Source of the DNA: an uncultured Spirochaetota bacterium
Lineage (GTDB): Bacteria; Spirochaetota; Spirochaetia; SZUA-6; Fen-1364
Reading direction: 5' to 3'
Assembly (NCBI GenBank): GCA_963734545.1
Contig: CAVTHO010000008.1
Coordinates: 672,001-736,000, forward strand
Length of the DNA: 64,000 nucleotides
The notes under the pieces: model-generated
The model's input: the letters and a program-made list of their open reading frames with translations, nothing else
The model's database searches: none
Told to the model about the DNA's origin: nothing
Part shown: piece by piece, positions 49,577 through 60,878 of the stretch
Numbering within the stretch: position 1 is the first letter of the stretch
How the letters are laid out: each line of letters opens with the position of its first letter
Translations under genes and position numbers: made by a program

Positions 49577-50837
49577 TCAATTCTTGCGAAACAGGAGAAT
49601 GACCGAATCGATGGCCCTTCGAATGAAGCCGCCCAGTGGCACGTCGGCTTCCGCCGTCAATGGGAACCGGGTGAGCTCCGCGCCATCCAGCCGTACCACA
49701 AGGTGACCCAGGACCTGGCCGGCGCGGACGGGAGCAATGACCTCACGCTCCTGCTCGATGCGGGTGCGGATGCCGTGCTCCTTGCTGCGGGGAACCACCA
49801 CGAGCGGATCGGACGCCGGGCCGAGTAGAACCGAGCGCTGCACGCCTTTCCACACCCGCACGGGAACGGGTTCGTCGTGGGCCGGCCGCATCACCATGAA
49901 GTTCACAAATCCGTAGTCGAGCAGAGCCTCGCTTTCCCTGGTGCGAAGGACCGCGCCGCTTTCCCGGCCCACATCGGGAACTCCCAGCACAACCGCAATG
50001 AGGCGCATGCCGCCCCGCTCCGCGGTGGCCGCGATGTTGTATCCCGCCTCATCGATATACCCCGTCTTCAAGCCGTCGATCCCCTCATATTTTCCGAGCA
50101 GCGTATTGCGGCTCACCTGGGTGATCGGCTTCTCATTGTTGCCGTTCGTCAGGTTCTCCGGCAGGGGATAGGTGAGCTCTCTCAATGAGAAGAAGTCACG
50201 GAGAGCGACGGGGTGCGCGGCAATGAAGCGCGCGGCAGAAGTCGACATATTCCCTTGCCGTGATGCGGTTCTCCGCGCTGATTCCCGCGGGCTCCACGAA
50301 CCGCATTTCCGAGTAGCCCAGGCGCGCGGCCTCACGATTCATCATGGCAGCGAACTCGGGAACGGACCCGGCGATCTGGTCCGCAAGCTCCACCGCCGCG
50401 TCATTTCCCGAGTCGACCACCAGGCCCTGCATCAGCTTGTCGATCGTCACGACCTGGTTCGGCCCCAGGTACATGACGGAGGAACGGGGGGGCATGTTCT
50501 GCGCCCAGGCGTCGGCGCCGGGGACCACGCGGCGGGAAGGATCGAGTCTGCCAGTTTCGACGAGGTCCAGGGCGATATGGAGCGTCATCAGCTTCGCGAG
50601 GCTCGCCGGCGGTATCTGCTCGTCCGCGTGATCCTCGAAAAGCACGGCTCCGGTGCGCGCCTCGACGAGAATTGCCGAACGTGCATGCAGCACCGGTGGA
50701 TCCGGCAGGGACGCGGTGAGAACCACGCGCAGGGGAGCAGCCGCATGTGCGGCCGCCCCCGAAAGAAGGAGGACGCACGCGGAAACAAAGCGCATCAGGC
50801 CGCAGAATCCGCGGAATGCCGCGAGGCGAGGGAGCAT
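49577..50837 (-). CDS. D-alanyl-D-alanine carboxypeptidase (peptidase S11); frameshift near 50240
   Basis: SxxK ASLAK, SxN DSGND, KTG LKTGY, C-terminal PBP5-like domain. Confidence 0.92.
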
Positions 50838-50905
50838 GCGTATAGGTACTCCGGCAGGCCTCCGTCTGGCAAGAGGAGAGGGGTCTCGGTATAATCCGAG
50901 AGATC

Positions 50906-52143
50906 ATGCTCCCGAGGCGAACTCCCTGAACCTTCGATCCATTGCGCGACCAGATTGGAAAAGGACGCTCTACGCAATAGCGGCCGCCGAGCTGCTCGCG
51001 GTGGCCGGCTTTTCGACCTCCACGCCCATCATCCCGTTCTACCTGCAGGACCTGGGGGTGAGCGATCCCTCCCGGCTCAAGCTGCTCACCGGCCTGCTGC
51101 AGGCGCTTCCTTCCGTGAGCCTGGTGGTTTTCTCCCCCATCTGGGGAGGTCTTGCCGACAATTACGGACGAAAGCCCATGCTGCTCCGCGCCTTGATCGG
51201 CGGCGTCATCATCATGCTGCTGCAGGGGCTGGTGACCGCGCCCTGGCAGCTGCTCGTGCTGCGCACCCTGCAGGGCTGCATCACCGGGACGGTCGCCGCG
51301 GCCACGATCCTCGTCGCATCGGTTTCCCCGCAGGAGGAAGCGGGGTACTCGCTCGGTCTTCTGCAGATGGCCATATTCCTGGGCGCCTCGCTCGGTCCGC
51401 TGTTTGGAGGCGTCATCGCAGACCTGTTCGGCCGTCGTGTCAACTTCTTCGCCACGTCGGCCCTCCTCCTTGCCGCCGCATTCATCGTCACCCGGTACGC
51501 ACGGGACAATTTCAAGCCGCCGGCGAACCGCAAGTCGATTCTCAAGAGCATGATTCCCGATTTCCGCCCCGTCGCGTCCTCGAAGGCCCTCCTGTCCCTC
51601 CTCGCGGTCATTGCGGCGGACCAGGTGGCAGGCTCGATCCTGAACCCTTTCCTGCCGCTGATCATCCAGGGCCTGAGCGCGGGCAGCGCCCATGTCGGGT
51701 CCACCACCGGCCTGATCCTCGGTCTGGGTGCCGTGTCGAGCGCGCTCGCCGCGTTCAGCATCGGAAAAATCAGCCACCGTATCGGCTACAGGCGCACCCT
51801 GGTCATCTGCATGGTGGGGGCTTCGGTCTTCATGATACCGCAGGCATTCGCCCGCACACCGCTCGAGCTCCTGTTATTGAGGATTGCGAGCTGCTTCTTT
51901 GTCGGCGGCAATCTCCCTTCCGCAAACGCCCTGATTGCGCAGAGAACGAGGCATGGCACGCAGGGAAGCGTGTACGGCCTTTCCAGCGCCATTGCCTCGG
52001 GAAGCAATGCGCTGGGGCCCGTCATCGGCGCGTCCATTGCGGTGAGCGCCGGCTACGCCTCGGTGTTCCTCAGCACGGCGGGCATCCTGGCGGCAGCGGG
52101 AATTGCCATCCTGGTTTTCGTGAGGAATCAGCGCATTTCTTGA
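50906..52143 (+). CDS. MFS transporter (DHA1/MdtG-like); start uncertain, probable frameshift at 5' end
   Basis: WKRTL, WGGLADNYGRKPMLLRA, LRTLQG, GPLFGG; 12 TM; TATAAT at 50890-50895 lies 10 nt before an out-of-frame ATG at 50906. Confidence 0.88.
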
Positions 52144-52177
52144 CGAATATATTGCTTTCATATTATGAAGAAGGATC

Positions 52178-52963
52178 GTGAATTCCAAGAAGTTGACCCC
52201 GGGCGAGATTTCCGCCAGCGTGGAAAAAATCCGCAAGCGGTACGACGAGTACATCAACAAGTTCTTCAAACCCCGGTCTCTGCGGGAAGCGTTCGAGGGC
52301 AGGTACATAAAGGCCCTCCGCGCAGGCATCGATGTCTCCTCCTTCCTCATCGCGGAGATCAGCGCCATCGAAGAGCTCATCGCGCGGGAAGAGCAGCGCG
52401 TGATGGCGGGTCCTCCACGCGCCAGCGCAGCGAAGGAGCCGAGCTTCGCGGACAAGATACTGGAGGAGAACCGCAAACGCATCGAGAAGTATCCCGACGT
52501 CCTGTTCCACAACGATGCGGGAGAGGAGGTGCGCCGGCTGGTGGGCGCACTCTCCGGTCTGGAGAAGGACCACTGGCCCGACCTGACCACTGCTCTTCGC
52601 GATACGATGTACGCCATGAACTCCGCGGAGATGCTCGCCCTCGATTCGCAGCTCCGGTTCCTCGCCTCCACAAACCGGGAGGAGATACCCCAATTCCTCA
52701 CGCGCCTGGTGGGTCAGCTCGCCAAGTTTCCGCGCAATTACGCCGCAATAGACAGGGAGGAGAAGGAGTACATCCTGGAGGCCGGCTTCTTCCTGAACGA
52801 TCTTTTCACCGTGCTGGAGAGGGTGCAGCGCGTCTACACGGAGATGGGCGCCCAGGAGAAACGGATACTCGACGAAAAGAGGGCAGTGGTCGAGGAAATC
52901 ATCGGCGATTTCCGGCTCAAGGATTTCAAGCGCCGGCGCCGCTGGGACCGGGAGGAGAGCTAG
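52178..52963 (+). CDS. Hypothetical helical protein
   Basis: 261-aa ORF, charged helical composition, SD-like AAGGA. Confidence 0.75.
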   Translation: MNSKKLTPGEISASVEKIRKRYDEYINKFFKPRSLREAFEGRYIKALRAGIDVSSFLIAEISAIEELIAREEQRVMAGPPRASAAKEPSFADKILEENRKRIEKYPDVLFHNDAGEEVRRLVGALSGLEKDHWPDLTTALRDTMYAMNSAEMLALDSQLRFLASTNREEIPQFLTRLVGQLAKFPRNYAAIDREEKEYILEAGFFLNDLFTVLERVQRVYTEMGAQEKRILDEKRAVVEEIIGDFRLKDFKRRRRWDREES

Positions 52964-53067
52964 GGCAGCCACTGTATTCCGTGGCATTCGTTCAGTCGGG
53001 CGGGATTGCTTCTTGCTGCTCCATGGACATATATTAGTCACTTCGAGGACAGGAAGGGAGACAGGGA

Positions 53068-53391
53068 ATGGCCGACGAAGTCACAGTCACACACAGCAAT
53101 TTCGACGCTGAAGTCGTAAAGTCCGCGGTTCCCGTCGTGGCCGACTTCTGGGCAGAGTGGTGCGGCCCATGCAAGATGATTGCCCCTGTCCTCCGGGAGC
53201 TGGGAACCCAGTATCAGGACAAGATCAAGATCGCGAAGATTGATGTGGACGCGGAGCTGGAGCTCGCCCAGCAGTTCAATATCACGAGCATTCCGACCAT
53301 CCTGGTGTTCAGCAAGGGCAAGGTGGTGAAGCAGCAGGTCGGCGCGGTACCGCGGCAGGCATTGGAAAAGATGATAAAGGAAGTCCTATAG
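53068..53391 (+). CDS. trxA: Thioredoxin
   Basis: [19 protein letters not shown]. Confidence 0.97.
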   Translation: MADEVTVTHSNFDAEVVKSAVPVVADFWAEWCGPCKMIAPVLRELGTQYQDKIKIAKIDVDAELELAQQFNITSIPTILVFSKGKVVKQQVGAVPRQALEKMIKEVL

Positions 53392-53456
53392 CTGTCACGC
53401 TCAACAGCACCACCGGCGCATCCAACAGCCAATAGGTGCCAATCACGGTTGCTCAA

Positions 53457-54474
53457 CTAAGGCTCGTACACCTCGTCGCTGTTCTCCGCGCCAAAGGTCG
53501 CCTTGCGTGTCGGCACGATATGCCAATCCTCCGCGCTGTCCGTGTCCGCTCCGCTGGACTGTCTGCAGATGGAGCGCGTGCCCGTGGAGCCTTCCGGGCT
53601 CACCGCATCTTCCGGGCTCACCCGCGCTCCTGCGGGCTTCCAGCCGCCGTCCAGGACCAGCTCCTCCGCGCGGTTCAGCGTTTCAACAGACCCGAAGCCC
53701 CGGTACGATTCGTCCGACTGCGAAGTGCGATTGCTGTACAGCACGCCGTCAAGGCATATTCCTCCCGGGCGGTCGTAGAGGCTGAGAACGCCATTGTTGC
53801 CGGGGAGCCCCCTGCCATCTGCAACCCACAGGTCCCAGGCGATGTCCGAAGCATCGAACCCTCGCGACGCGGCCATGTCCTCTGTCTCATTCAACTCTGC
53901 CGGATCCCCCGACGGCTTCCAGTGCACCAGGATGAATACGCCTTCTGCCACCTCAAGGGGAGGAAAGACGATCCTGGTTGTCGAAGCTCTCCGGTGTACC
54001 CTGATAGAGAACCACCCCGCCCAGGTCACCGGCAGAGAGTGCTTTCAGCTCCACGAGGTCTGGATGGTTGCCTGACCCCTGGGGAGTGAACTCGTTGATG
54101 AGGAGCCGCGGCACTCGTCCGTTGTACCCGTAGAAGTCAGCCATGAATGAGGCGCAGTTGCCCTTTGCGTCCTCCGCCTCGGCTTCCAGCGTATACAGCC
54201 TGCCCGGCGTCTGCGTCTCCGCCCGGATCACTATCCTCCTGCCGGGACCCGTGATCTCCGTTACCGCGAGCGGGGGGGAGATCCTGGTCTTGTCCGCCAC
54301 CAGGGATGCATCCTCGTCGAACTCGACACTGAGCTCTGAAGGACCCGTCGTCACCACCGCCTGGAGCTGCGGCGGACGAAGGTCCACATCCACGGACCGC
54401 GTGTCAGGAAGGGGCCCGCAGGCGACAGGGAAGCCGAGAACAAAGACCGGCAGAAGCCGTTGCATGACTTTCAT
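53457..54474 (-). CDS. Lipoprotein with lamin-tail-like domain; frameshift near 53975
   Basis: Lipobox PVAC; LLINEF..GSG.HPDLVELK; GLPGNNGVLSLY; joins ORFs 53953..54474 and 53457..54029. Confidence 0.65.
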
Positions 54475-54575
54475 GGCGCCTCCCGCACATAGAACGGGCG
54501 ATTCTACGCGGCGCTTGCGTCGCGTGCGGCGTTTTGCTTTACCCGAAGGAGGAATTCGGGTAGACTCGCGTTGAA

Positions 54576-55229
54576 ATGCCTGATGACTTGCTGAAGAGAT
54601 TCTCCCGCGCGTATGCTCCCGGCGCAGCGATCTGCCAGGAAGGCGAAGATGGCGAGGAGATGTACATCATCCAGAAGGGCAAAGTCAGAGTCAGCAAGCG
54701 GTTCGGCGGCAGGACGCACGTGGTCTCCATTCTCGAGAAAGGCGATTTCTTCGGCGAGATGGCCATCGTCAACCGCATCCGGCGTACTGCCACGGTGACC
54801 GCAATCGACGACGTGGAGCTGCTCGTCTTCGATCGGGAGGGCCTGCAGAACATGATCGCCCGCAATGCCCTGATCGCGCTCAACATCATCGACAAGCTGT
54901 GCCGAAGGCTCCAGAACGCTCACCTCAAGATCCAGCATCTGGTGAAGAGAGACGCATGGGGGTTGATCGCGCTGCACCTGCGCTACCTCTACCAGGAGCT
55001 TCCGGGAGGCCTGGAGGCGGTCCCGTTCGAGAAATGCCTCGAGGAAATCTCTCTCAGCCTCGAGCTCCCAATGGAAATCGTGCGCGGGGTGCTCGTCGAG
55101 ATGCAGGGGGAAGGGATTCTGTTGAAAGTGGGAGACTCCCTGAGCCTTGTCGACCGGGAGAAGCTCCTCAAGCTGACCGAGTCGGTAGGCAAGGAACAGG
55201 GAGCTCAGCCGGACGGCGTGCTGCCCTGA
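54576..55229 (+). CDS. Crp/Fnr-family cyclic nucleotide-binding protein
   Basis: EGEDGEEMYIIQKGKV, GDFFGEMA, RRTATV; C-terminal winged-helix-like region. Confidence 0.88.
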   Translation: MPDDLLKRFSRAYAPGAAICQEGEDGEEMYIIQKGKVRVSKRFGGRTHVVSILEKGDFFGEMAIVNRIRRTATVTAIDDVELLVFDREGLQNMIARNALIALNIIDKLCRRLQNAHLKIQHLVKRDAWGLIALHLRYLYQELPGGLEAVPFEKCLEEISLSLELPMEIVRGVLVEMQGEGILLKVGDSLSLVDREKLLKLTESVGKEQGAQPDGVLP

Positions 55230-55281
55230 GCGCGCAGGCGGCCGAGCGGAGCGCCGCGGACCAGGCACCACATGGGGCGCC

Positions 55282-55689
55282 TCACGGCTTCTTTGCGATG
55301 CTCGCTTCCAGGCGTTCCTTCAGCTTCTGAGAAAGCAGCAGCGGGGCAGGCGGCACCGAGTCGCCCTGATTCGCGTACTCGGTCAGCAGCGCATCGATGA
55401 GCGTGGCCGCCGTGTCGTTTTTTCCCATCTTGTGGTAGAGAAATGCGATTTCGTAGGCAGCCCACACCTTGTGGTCCTTGTCGTCGGGGTACCTCTGCTG
55501 GCACTCCTTGTAGAACGTGATGCCCAGCGCATAGTCGCCCCGGTCAGCGGCATCCTGCGCCCGCTGGAAGATCTCGCCGGCCGTCAGCCCCTCCGGCAGC
55601 GTGCGCGGCTGGCCGGCGCACGACACCAGGAGCACGAGTGCCGATACGCACAGGATTGACAGAATAGTGGTTTTCACGATCTTCATCAT
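55282..55689 (-). CDS. Small TPR-like lipoprotein (BamD-like)
   Basis: Lipobox LVSC; EIFQRAQDA, WAAYEIAFLYHK. Confidence 0.72.
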   Translation of the reverse strand: MMKIVKTTILSILCVSALVLLVSCAGQPRTLPEGLTAGEIFQRAQDAADRGDYALGITFYKECQQRYPDDKDHKVWAAYEIAFLYHKMGKNDTAATLIDALLTEYANQGDSVPPAPLLLSQKLKERLEASIAKKP

Positions 55690-55721
55690 ATATCCAGGTT
55701 CAAGATATATCCAGGATCACG

Positions 55722-56032
55722 TCAGGTCGAGTAGATCTCGTCTTTGATAGGAAGGTTTTTCTTGAGCTCTTTCAGGAAGATCTCCACCTCCCCCATCGGC
55801 TCATATGTATCGCACTGGTCGAGAGTCCGCCTGATGACGGTGAAGTACTTGTAGACCTTTTCCTCACCGAGCTTCTTCCGCCATTTGCCCGCATCGCAGC
55901 GGACCCGCAGTCCATACTGGCTGGCGTTGCCCATGGGGATTTTTATCAGCTTGCAGTGAATGCAGTTGGCGCAGTAGACCTTGTCCGGGGAGAACTCGTC
56001 TTCGAATGGCTGAAGGTCATTGTCTCTGACAT
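55722..56032 (-). CDS. Small Cys-rich hypothetical protein; probable frameshift near 56020
   Basis: Frame of ORF 55722..55934 stays open upstream: DKVYCANCIHCKLIK...RVRCDAGKW...CDTYEPMG; nearest ATG (56032) is one base out of frame. Confidence 0.65.
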
Positions 56033-56104
56033 CGTTCGCACACTACCATGTTCGTCTTTTCCCGGTCAATAGTTTAGGCATAATGCTGGCCAGCACCGTT
56101 TGTC

Positions 56105-56134
56105 TTGACATTTCAATGCGAACAAATCTATTGT
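56105..56134 (+). promoter_or_regulatory. Sigma70 promoter of the E2-E1 operon
   Basis: TTGACA, 18 nt, TATTGT, 9 nt to GTG 56144. Confidence 0.55.
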
Positions 56135-56143
56135 GAATCCGCA

Positions 56144-57398
56144 GTGGCAACACCCGTCATCATGCCCAAGCAGGGACAATCAGTGGAATCGTGCGTCATT
56201 GTCGGCTGGAAGAAGCGGCCCGGGGACGCGGTGAAAAGCGGTGATATCCTCTGCGAGGTGGAGACCGACAAGGCGACCTTCGAGGTCGAGTCTCCGGCGG
56301 AAGGAACGCTGCTGGCGATATTCCACGAGGCAGGCAGCGACGTTCCGGTTCTCGCCCCTATCGCGGCAATTGGGAAGCCGGGGGAGAATCTCGACGGTTT
56401 GAGAACGGGGGGCACAGCCCCCGCTGCGGCGGTCTCCCCTGCTGCGCGCAGCGCCGCCCCTTCCGCTGCGTCGGCGGCTCTTCCTGCTGTCGCGCCCGGC
56501 GCGCCGGCGAAAGATCATGGCCTCGCCGCGGGCAAAGGCGCTTGCCGCCTCCCGGGGCGTCGCGCTGGCCGGGCTTCGAGGCACGGGCCCGGGCGGCCGC
56601 ATCATCGAGCGCGACGTGAAGGCAGTCATGACCGACGGAGCTCCGCGCACAGCGGCAGGACCGGGGCCAGCGGCGGCCGCGGCAGCGCCGGTGGCCGCGG
56701 GTGAGTTCAAGGAGACAAAAGTCACCGGCATCCGCAAGCTCATTTCGGAGCGCATGCTCGCGTCGCTCCAGACCACCGCGCAGCTTACGCTGAACGCGAG
56801 CGCGGATGCGCGTTCGCTGCAGGACATGCGCAGAAGATTCAAGGAAAGCGCCGAAGGGTTGGGCCTGCGCGACATCACGGTGAATGACATGGTCCTGTTC
56901 GCCGTCTCGCGCTCACTCCTTTCACACCCCGAGCTGAACGCCCTGTATGCGGGTGACTCCCTGCGGCAATACTCCGCCGTGCACCTTGCGTTTGCCGTGG
57001 ACACGCCGCGCGGCCTCATGGTCCCGGTGATCAGGAACGCGCACCTCTTGCGGCTGCGTGAGATCGCGCAGGAGGCGCGGCGCCTGGCGGACGGCTGCCG
57101 CAACGGGGGCATCACCCCGGAAGAGCTCGCCGGCGGGACTTTCACCGTCACGAACCTGGGCGCCCTCGGGGTCCAGAGCTTCACGCCGGTCCTCAATGTG
57201 CCCCAGGTGGGAATCCTCGGCGTGGGATCCATCGTGCCCGGGCCAGTTCTGGCGCCTGACGGCAGCGTGAGCTTCATACCCCAGATCGGACTTTCCCTCA
57301 CCGTCAACCACCAGGTAGTGGACGGCGCCCCGGGTGCGCGCTTCCTGCAGACGCTGGCTTCCGATATCGCACGATTCGATCTGCTCCTAGCGCGGTAG
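56144..57398 (+). CDS. 2-oxoacid dehydrogenase E2, dihydrolipoamide acyltransferase; frameshift near 56500
   Basis: Lipoyl domain EVETDKA, E3-binding [19 protein letters not shown], catalytic NHQVVDG. Confidence 0.93.
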
Positions 57399-57432
57399 CA
57401 CTCACCGCTAGAAGAGAACGGAGACAACACAC

Positions 57433-59895
57433 ATGCCGAAATCCATCATCGTAGACCCGCGAGAAACCCGCACGGCGGGGAAGTTGAGCTTCACCGACAT
57501 TCCTCTGAACGCGTACACCTCCAACGTGAAGAAGGAAGTCGAAAAGCACGGACGGGATGCGCTCGTGCGCGCCTATCGGGACATGGTCCTGATCCGCGAG
57601 TTCGAGACCATGCTCAATACGATAAAGACCAAGGGCGCGTACCAGGGCATCGCCTATGACCACCTCGGCCCTGCCCATCTCTCCATTGGTCAGGAATCGG
57701 CCGTGGTGGGGCAGTGCATGCCCCTCGGTATCGAGGACTTCATCTTCGGGTCCCACAGGAGCCACGGGGAGATCATTGCCAAGTGCCTCTCCGCCGCGGC
57801 AAAGCTTCCGGAAGCGCAGCTCTCCGGCGTCATGGAAAGCTATTTCGGCGGGGCGCCGCTTCGCGTCGTGGAAAAGGGCGCCGCCGGCCCTGTCAGGGAG
57901 CTGGCGGTCGACTATATCCTCTACGGCGTGCTGGCGGAGATCTTTGCCCGTGAGAGCGGCTTCAACAAGGGTCTGGGCGGCTCGATGCACGCATTCTTCG
58001 CGCCGTTCGGCAGCATGCCCAACAACGCGATCGTGGGGGGATCCGCCGACATCGCGGTCGGGGCGGCGCTTTTCAAGCGGATCAACCGGAAGCCCGGCGT
58101 CGTGATTGCGAACATCGGGGACGGCTCGTCCAGCTGCGGCCCGGTCTGGGAAGCCATGATGGTGGCGGCAATGGACCAGTACCGCACGCTCTGGCCGAAG
58201 GACGTCGGCGGCGCGCCTCCCATTCTCTTCAACTTCTTCAACAACTTCTACGGCATGGGTGGACAGACCATGGGAGAGACCATGGGCTTCAAGGTGCTCG
58301 CGCGTATCGGCGCAGGGGTGAACCCCGAGCAGATGCACGCGGAGCGCGTGGACGGCTACAGCCCCCTGGCCGTCGCGGACGCCATCGAGCGCAAGAGGAA
58401 GATTCTGCTCGAGGGACGCGGCCCCGTGCTGCTCGACGTGGTGACCTATCGCTACTCGGGTCATTCTCCCTCGGACGCCTCTTCCTACCGGACAAAGGAA
58501 GAAGTCGCCCTCTGGCAGGACGTGGATTGCATCAAGAGCTTCGGCGAATACCTCGTGGCGGGCAAGATCGCCAGGACGGACGAGCTGGAAGCCATCCAGA
58601 AGAACGCCCTGGAAAGACTGCGCCGGATCACCGAGCTCGCCGTTTCACTGGAGATCTCCCCGAGGATCCAGGTGGCGCCGGACGCCATCGGCGACCTCAT
58701 GTTCTCCAACGGCAGCGTGGAAAAGCTGGAGGAGAGAAAGCCTGAAATGCTCCTGCCCGCGGCGCAGAACCCCCGGCTGATCGCCAACGCCAAGAAGTCG
58801 CGGACGGGCGTCGGGACGGACGGAAAGCCGCTGCCAAAGTCCCAGATCATTTCCTTGAGGGACGCCATATTCGAGGCCATGCTGCATCGGTTCTCCATCG
58901 ATCCCACCATGGCCGCATTCGGGGAGGAGAACCGGGATTGGGGCGGCGCGTTCGCCGTGTACCGCGGACTGACGGAAGCGCTCCCCTACCATCGGCTGTT
59001 CAACACCTCGATCTCGGAGGGCGCCATCGTGGGGGCCGCGGTCGGCTATGCGCTGTGCGGCGGAAGAGCCGTGCCCGAGCTCATGTACTGCGACTTCCTC
59101 GGCCGGGCGGGAGACGAAGTATTCAACCAGGCCTGCAAGTGGCAGGCGATGTCAGCGGGTGTGCTGAAGATGCCCCTCGTGCTGCGCGTGTCGGTGGGCA
59201 GCAAATACGGCGCCCAGCACTCGCAGGACTGGACCTCGATCGTCGCGCACATGCCGGGGCTGAAAGTAATGTTCCCGGTCACCCCGTATGACGCCAAGGG
59301 CATGCTCAACCTCGCCCTCCGGGGCACCGACCCGGTGGTCTACTTCGAAAGCCAGCGCATCTACGACATAGGAGAGATGTTCGTTCCCGGCGGCGTGCCC
59401 GAGGGATACTACGAGGTGGAGGAGGGACAGCCGGCGGTTCGACGCACCGGCACCGATCTCACCATCGTCACCATCGGCGCGACTCTCTACAAGGCGCTCG
59501 AGGCCGCCGAGCGGCTCCAGGGCACACACGGCATCTCCGCGGAGGTCATCGACGCGCGTTTCATCAACCCGCTGGACTACGAGAAGATCCTCGAGTCGGT
59601 GAGAAAGACCGGGCGGTGCGTGCTCGCCTCGGACGCCTGCGAGCGCGGCTCGTTCCTCCACACAATGGCGTCGAACATCTCACAGATGGCCTTCGACTCC
59701 CTGGACGCTCCGGTTGCCGTGGTCGGCGCGCGCAACTGGATCACTCCGGCCGCGGAGATGGAGAACGTGTTCTTCCCGCAGGCGGAGTGGATCCTCGATG
59801 CGATCCACGAGCGGGTGCTTCCGCTGCCCGGCCATACCGTGACGACCGACCAGGGCACTGTCGAGATGCTTCGGAGAAGTCGCAGGGGCGTGTAG
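57433..59895 (+). CDS. Fused E1 alpha/beta TPP-dependent 2-oxoacid (pyruvate/acetoin-type) dehydrogenase
   Basis: HLSIGQE, HRSHG, GGSMH, TPP motif GDG...[24 protein letters not shown]. Confidence 0.93.
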   Translation: MPKSIIVDPRETRTAGKLSFTDIPLNAYTSNVKKEVEKHGRDALVRAYRDMVLIREFETMLNTIKTKGAYQGIAYDHLGPAHLSIGQESAVVGQCMPLGIEDFIFGSHRSHGEIIAKCLSAAAKLPEAQLSGVMESYFGGAPLRVVEKGAAGPVRELAVDYILYGVLAEIFARESGFNKGLGGSMHAFFAPFGSMPNNAIVGGSADIAVGAALFKRINRKPGVVIANIGDGSSSCGPVWEAMMVAAMDQYRTLWPKDVGGAPPILFNFFNNFYGMGGQTMGETMGFKVLARIGAGVNPEQMHAERVDGYSPLAVADAIERKRKILLEGRGPVLLDVVTYRYSGHSPSDASSYRTKEEVALWQDVDCIKSFGEYLVAGKIARTDELEAIQKNALERLRRITELAVSLEISPRIQVAPDAIGDLMFSNGSVEKLEERKPEMLLPAAQNPRLIANAKKSRTGVGTDGKPLPKSQIISLRDAIFEAMLHRFSIDPTMAAFGEENRDWGGAFAVYRGLTEALPYHRLFNTSISEGAIVGAAVGYALCGGRAVPELMYCDFLGRAGDEVFNQACKWQAMSAGVLKMPLVLRVSVGSKYGAQHSQDWTSIVAHMPGLKVMFPVTPYDAKGMLNLALRGTDPVVYFESQRIYDIGEMFVPGGVPEGYYEVEEGQPAVRRTGTDLTIVTIGATLYKALEAAERLQGTHGISAEVIDARFINPLDYEKILESVRKTGRCVLASDACERGSFLHTMASNISQMAFDSLDAPVAVVGARNWITPAAEMENVFFPQAEWILDAIHERVLPLPGHTVTTDQGTVEMLRRSRRGV

Positions 59896-59899
59896 GGCG

Positions 59900-59923
59900 G
59901 CCGCGGTACACCGCGGCATTTTT
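59900..59923 (+). terminator. Intrinsic terminator after E1
   Basis: GCCGCGG-TACA-CCGCGGC-ATTTTT. Confidence 0.65.
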
Positions 59924-59985
59924 CCGGCAGGGCAAGGCAGCCGCGCCGCCGCGTCAAAGGCACTCGCGTGACATTTCCGCCCGTC

Positions 59986-60015
59986 TTGACCCCGCTGTTC
60001 TCTCATCCTTATACT
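59986..60015 (+). promoter_or_regulatory. Sigma70 promoter, leaderless pcm transcript
   Basis: TTGACC, 18 nt, TATACT, 7 nt to ATG 60023; no SD. Confidence 0.65.
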
Positions 60016-60022
60016 CGCATCG

Positions 60023-60878
60023 ATGAGATTCAAAAAAAGCATCCTCGCATGCGCTCTTGCCGTTCTCTGTCTGGTCGCCGGCCACGCGTCCGAGCGGCAG
60101 GCCTGGACATACACCGCGTACCAGCGCGCCATGGAGCAGAGCGGCCGGAAACCGGGAACCCTGGATGAGAGCACCTTCCTTGCCGCGCAGCAGCGCAAGC
60201 AGCGCGTCCTGGACCAGATCAAGGCCATGCTCATCCACGATTTCGGATCCGCCGACCCGGCCATTCTGAAGGCGTTCGAAGAAGTTCCCCGAGAGTACTA
60301 TATGTACGACTACGAGGCTGACCGCAACCTGGGGAAATCAGCCTACGAGCAACCGGCGCGGGAATGGAAGATCGGCTACGGCTCGGTGCTCACCGATTAT
60401 GTCATGCAGGCGTACATGACGGCCAAGTGCCGGCCCCGGCCCACGGACGTCTCCCTCGAGGTAGGGACCGGGCAGCGGATTCCAGAGCTCGCTCCTTTCG
60501 CGGATCGTCAAGCGCGCCTATACAATAGAGATCATCACGTCCCTGGGAGAGAAGGTCAGGAACATTTTCTCCCCCCTGGGTTACGATAATATCGAATCGC
60601 GCGTGGGTGACGGCTTCTTCGGCTGGCCGGAGGTTCCGGGAGGATTTGACATCATTGTTGTCACTGCCCAGGCACCATTCGTCCCGCCTGCTCTCCTTGC
60701 CCAGCTGAAGAAGGGCGGCCGGATGGTGATCCCGATCGGGCAGCCCTGGAAACCCCAGTTTCTCTACACCTTCACGAAGGATGAGCAGGGCAAGGTGCAT
60801 TCCCAGCGCGATGTTTCCACGCTGTTCATCCCGATGACGGGAACCATCCAGACACCGCCCCCCAAGCCGACGCACTGA
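60023..60878 (+). CDS. pcm: Protein-L-isoaspartate O-methyltransferase with N-terminal signal peptide; frameshift near 60470
   Basis: AFEEVPREYY, AYE...IGYG, LEVGTG/SGFQ, YTIEI, GDGFFGW, FDIIVVTA, LLAQLKKGGRMVIPIG; N-term MRFKKSILACALAVLCLVAGHA. Confidence 0.88.

Noticed and set aside
53045-53067. Cluster of GGA motifs before trxA as a CsrA site
   Set aside because: Cannot be distinguished from an ordinary purine-rich Shine-Dalgarno region; no hairpin context
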